NCBI GenBank assembly: GCA_965215885.1
Contig: CBDCEW010000044.1
Coordinates: 1-51,461 of the forward strand
Reading direction: 5' to 3'
Source of the DNA: Candidatus Moanibacter sp.
GTDB lineage: Bacteria > Verrucomicrobiota > Verrucomicrobiia > Opitutales > UBA2987
DNA length: 51,461 nucleotides
In this document: piece by piece, positions 50,565 through 51,461 of the stretch
How the letters are laid out: the number at the start of each line of letters is the position of its first letter
Position numbering within the stretch: the first letter of the stretch is position 1
Notes under the pieces: generated by a model
Told to the model about the DNA's origin: nothing
Database searches by the model: none
The model's input: only the letters and a program-made list of their open reading frames with translations
Program-made: the position numbers and the translations under genes

Positions 50565-51461
50565 TCAGTTTCTTAGGGTGTAACCTGTCCCGTCGACGAT
50601 CTTTGCAAGAATCTCCTCGAAGGCCTCATTCACTTCCACATCCGTTAGGGTGCGCTCGTCGGAACGAAAAGTTATCGAGAAGGCGAGACTCTTCTCATGT
50701 TCGGGCAGACCCTCACCGCGATATACATCGAATATCGAAACAGCTTCCACGCTGAACCGCTCTTCCGCAACCTTCACCGAAATGCCTTCGAGATTCGAGC
50801 GAACCGATTCGGCGTCGATCGTTTCATCCACGACGAGCGCCAGATCCCTGGTAGCTGCCGGATACTGGCTGAAAGATCGAAAGGTTTTAGAAGAACGAGA
50901 TCTTTCAAAAAATGAAGGCGGAAAATATACTGCGCCGGCCAGTGCCGTTCCTTCGATATCCCACTCCCTCAACATCGAGAGACTTAGGAGCCCGGCGAAC
51001 CCTTCATACCCATTCCAGAACTCTCCCAATCGGGCGGACTGCCCAGTCTGCCAGCAGTTTCCGTCCTCAACGGGCGAATAAGCCTCCTTCCCTCCCTCTA
51101 CCCCGGCTAGATAGAGTAGATTGTCGACCAGACAGGCCACCGAGTAAAAGTCGGGCTCTTCGCGCTTGCGCCAGCTCTCCTTAATGGGTGCCTGCACCAT
51201 CACAAACGCTGCCGAAATCAATTCCCAGGTCTGTCCTTCATGTTCGCGGAACACGCTCCCTGTTTCAAAGAGCCTCTCCGGTTGATTTCCCCGGAATCGA
51301 TTAAGCTGAAGATTATCTAACAGTCCCGGTATCAAAGAAGCTCGGAGATGGCTCTGATCTTCGGTCAACGCGTTGGCAAGTTTCAACATAGCCAACGAAT
51401 TACGCGGAAACCAGCGGCGCAATTCACTCGCATCTCGCAAGGAGTAATTAACGCATTCACT
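50565..51461 (-). CDS. pheT: Phenylalanyl-tRNA synthetase beta subunit (3' part; runs off the window)
   Basis: LRASLIPGLL, RLFETG, YPAATRDLA, FDVYRG, KSLAF, RTLTD.EV (FDX-ACB domain). Confidence 0.95.
   Translation of the reverse strand, partial: SECVNYSLRDASELRRWFPRNSLAMLKLANALTEDQSHLRASLIPGLLDNLQLNRFRGNQPERLFETGSVFREHEGQTWELISAAFVMVQAPIKESWRKREEPDFYSVACLVDNLLYLAGVEGGKEAYSPVEDGNCWQTGQSARLGEFWNGYEGFAGLLSLSMLREWDIEGTALAGAVYFPPSFFERSRSSKTFRSFSQYPAATRDLALVVDETIDAESVRSNLEGISVKVAEERFSVEAVSIFDVYRGEGLPEHEKSLAFSITFRSDERTLTDVEVNEAFEEILAKIVDGTGYTLRN

Overview
A chromosomal window most consistent with Verrucomicrobiota (Opitutia-like), inferred from a Verru_Chthon-A/PilX-like gene, a Minf_1886-like gene and gene order. 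Housekeeping blocks are trpD-glmM, uppP, rpmF-plsX-fabH-bamD-lptE-rpe, ymdB, ilvB and pheT-gatCAB. Accessory genes include an orphan molybdo-hydroxylase large subunit, an ACP-FAAL-acyltransferase fusion with a PPTase, a membrane cNMP-binding protein, ParDE, an M16 peptidase, a DHDPS-like enzyme and an EEP nuclease. Mobile DNA is dense: two full-length IS4-family elements, an IS4 fragment, a decayed ISL3 and a RAYT-like HUH transposase. Most intergenic gaps carry palindromic repeats. The most striking patterns are: (i) two MITE-like families whose TAG/TAA ends coincide with the stop codons of eight genes; (ii) GTRG REP doublets, two of which bracket the ACP-FAAL-PlsC/PPTase pair in inverted orientation; (iii) IS4 elements inserted into these repeats; (iv) a Val-rich leader ORF upstream of ilvB; (v) a hidden AbrB-like gene inside an IS4. 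The 32.8-34.7 kb region looks like a mosaic consensus of two haplotypes, so some frameshifts in the window may be assembly errors. No rRNA, tRNA or CRISPR array was recognised. All family assignments come from motif recognition by eye, not database searches.
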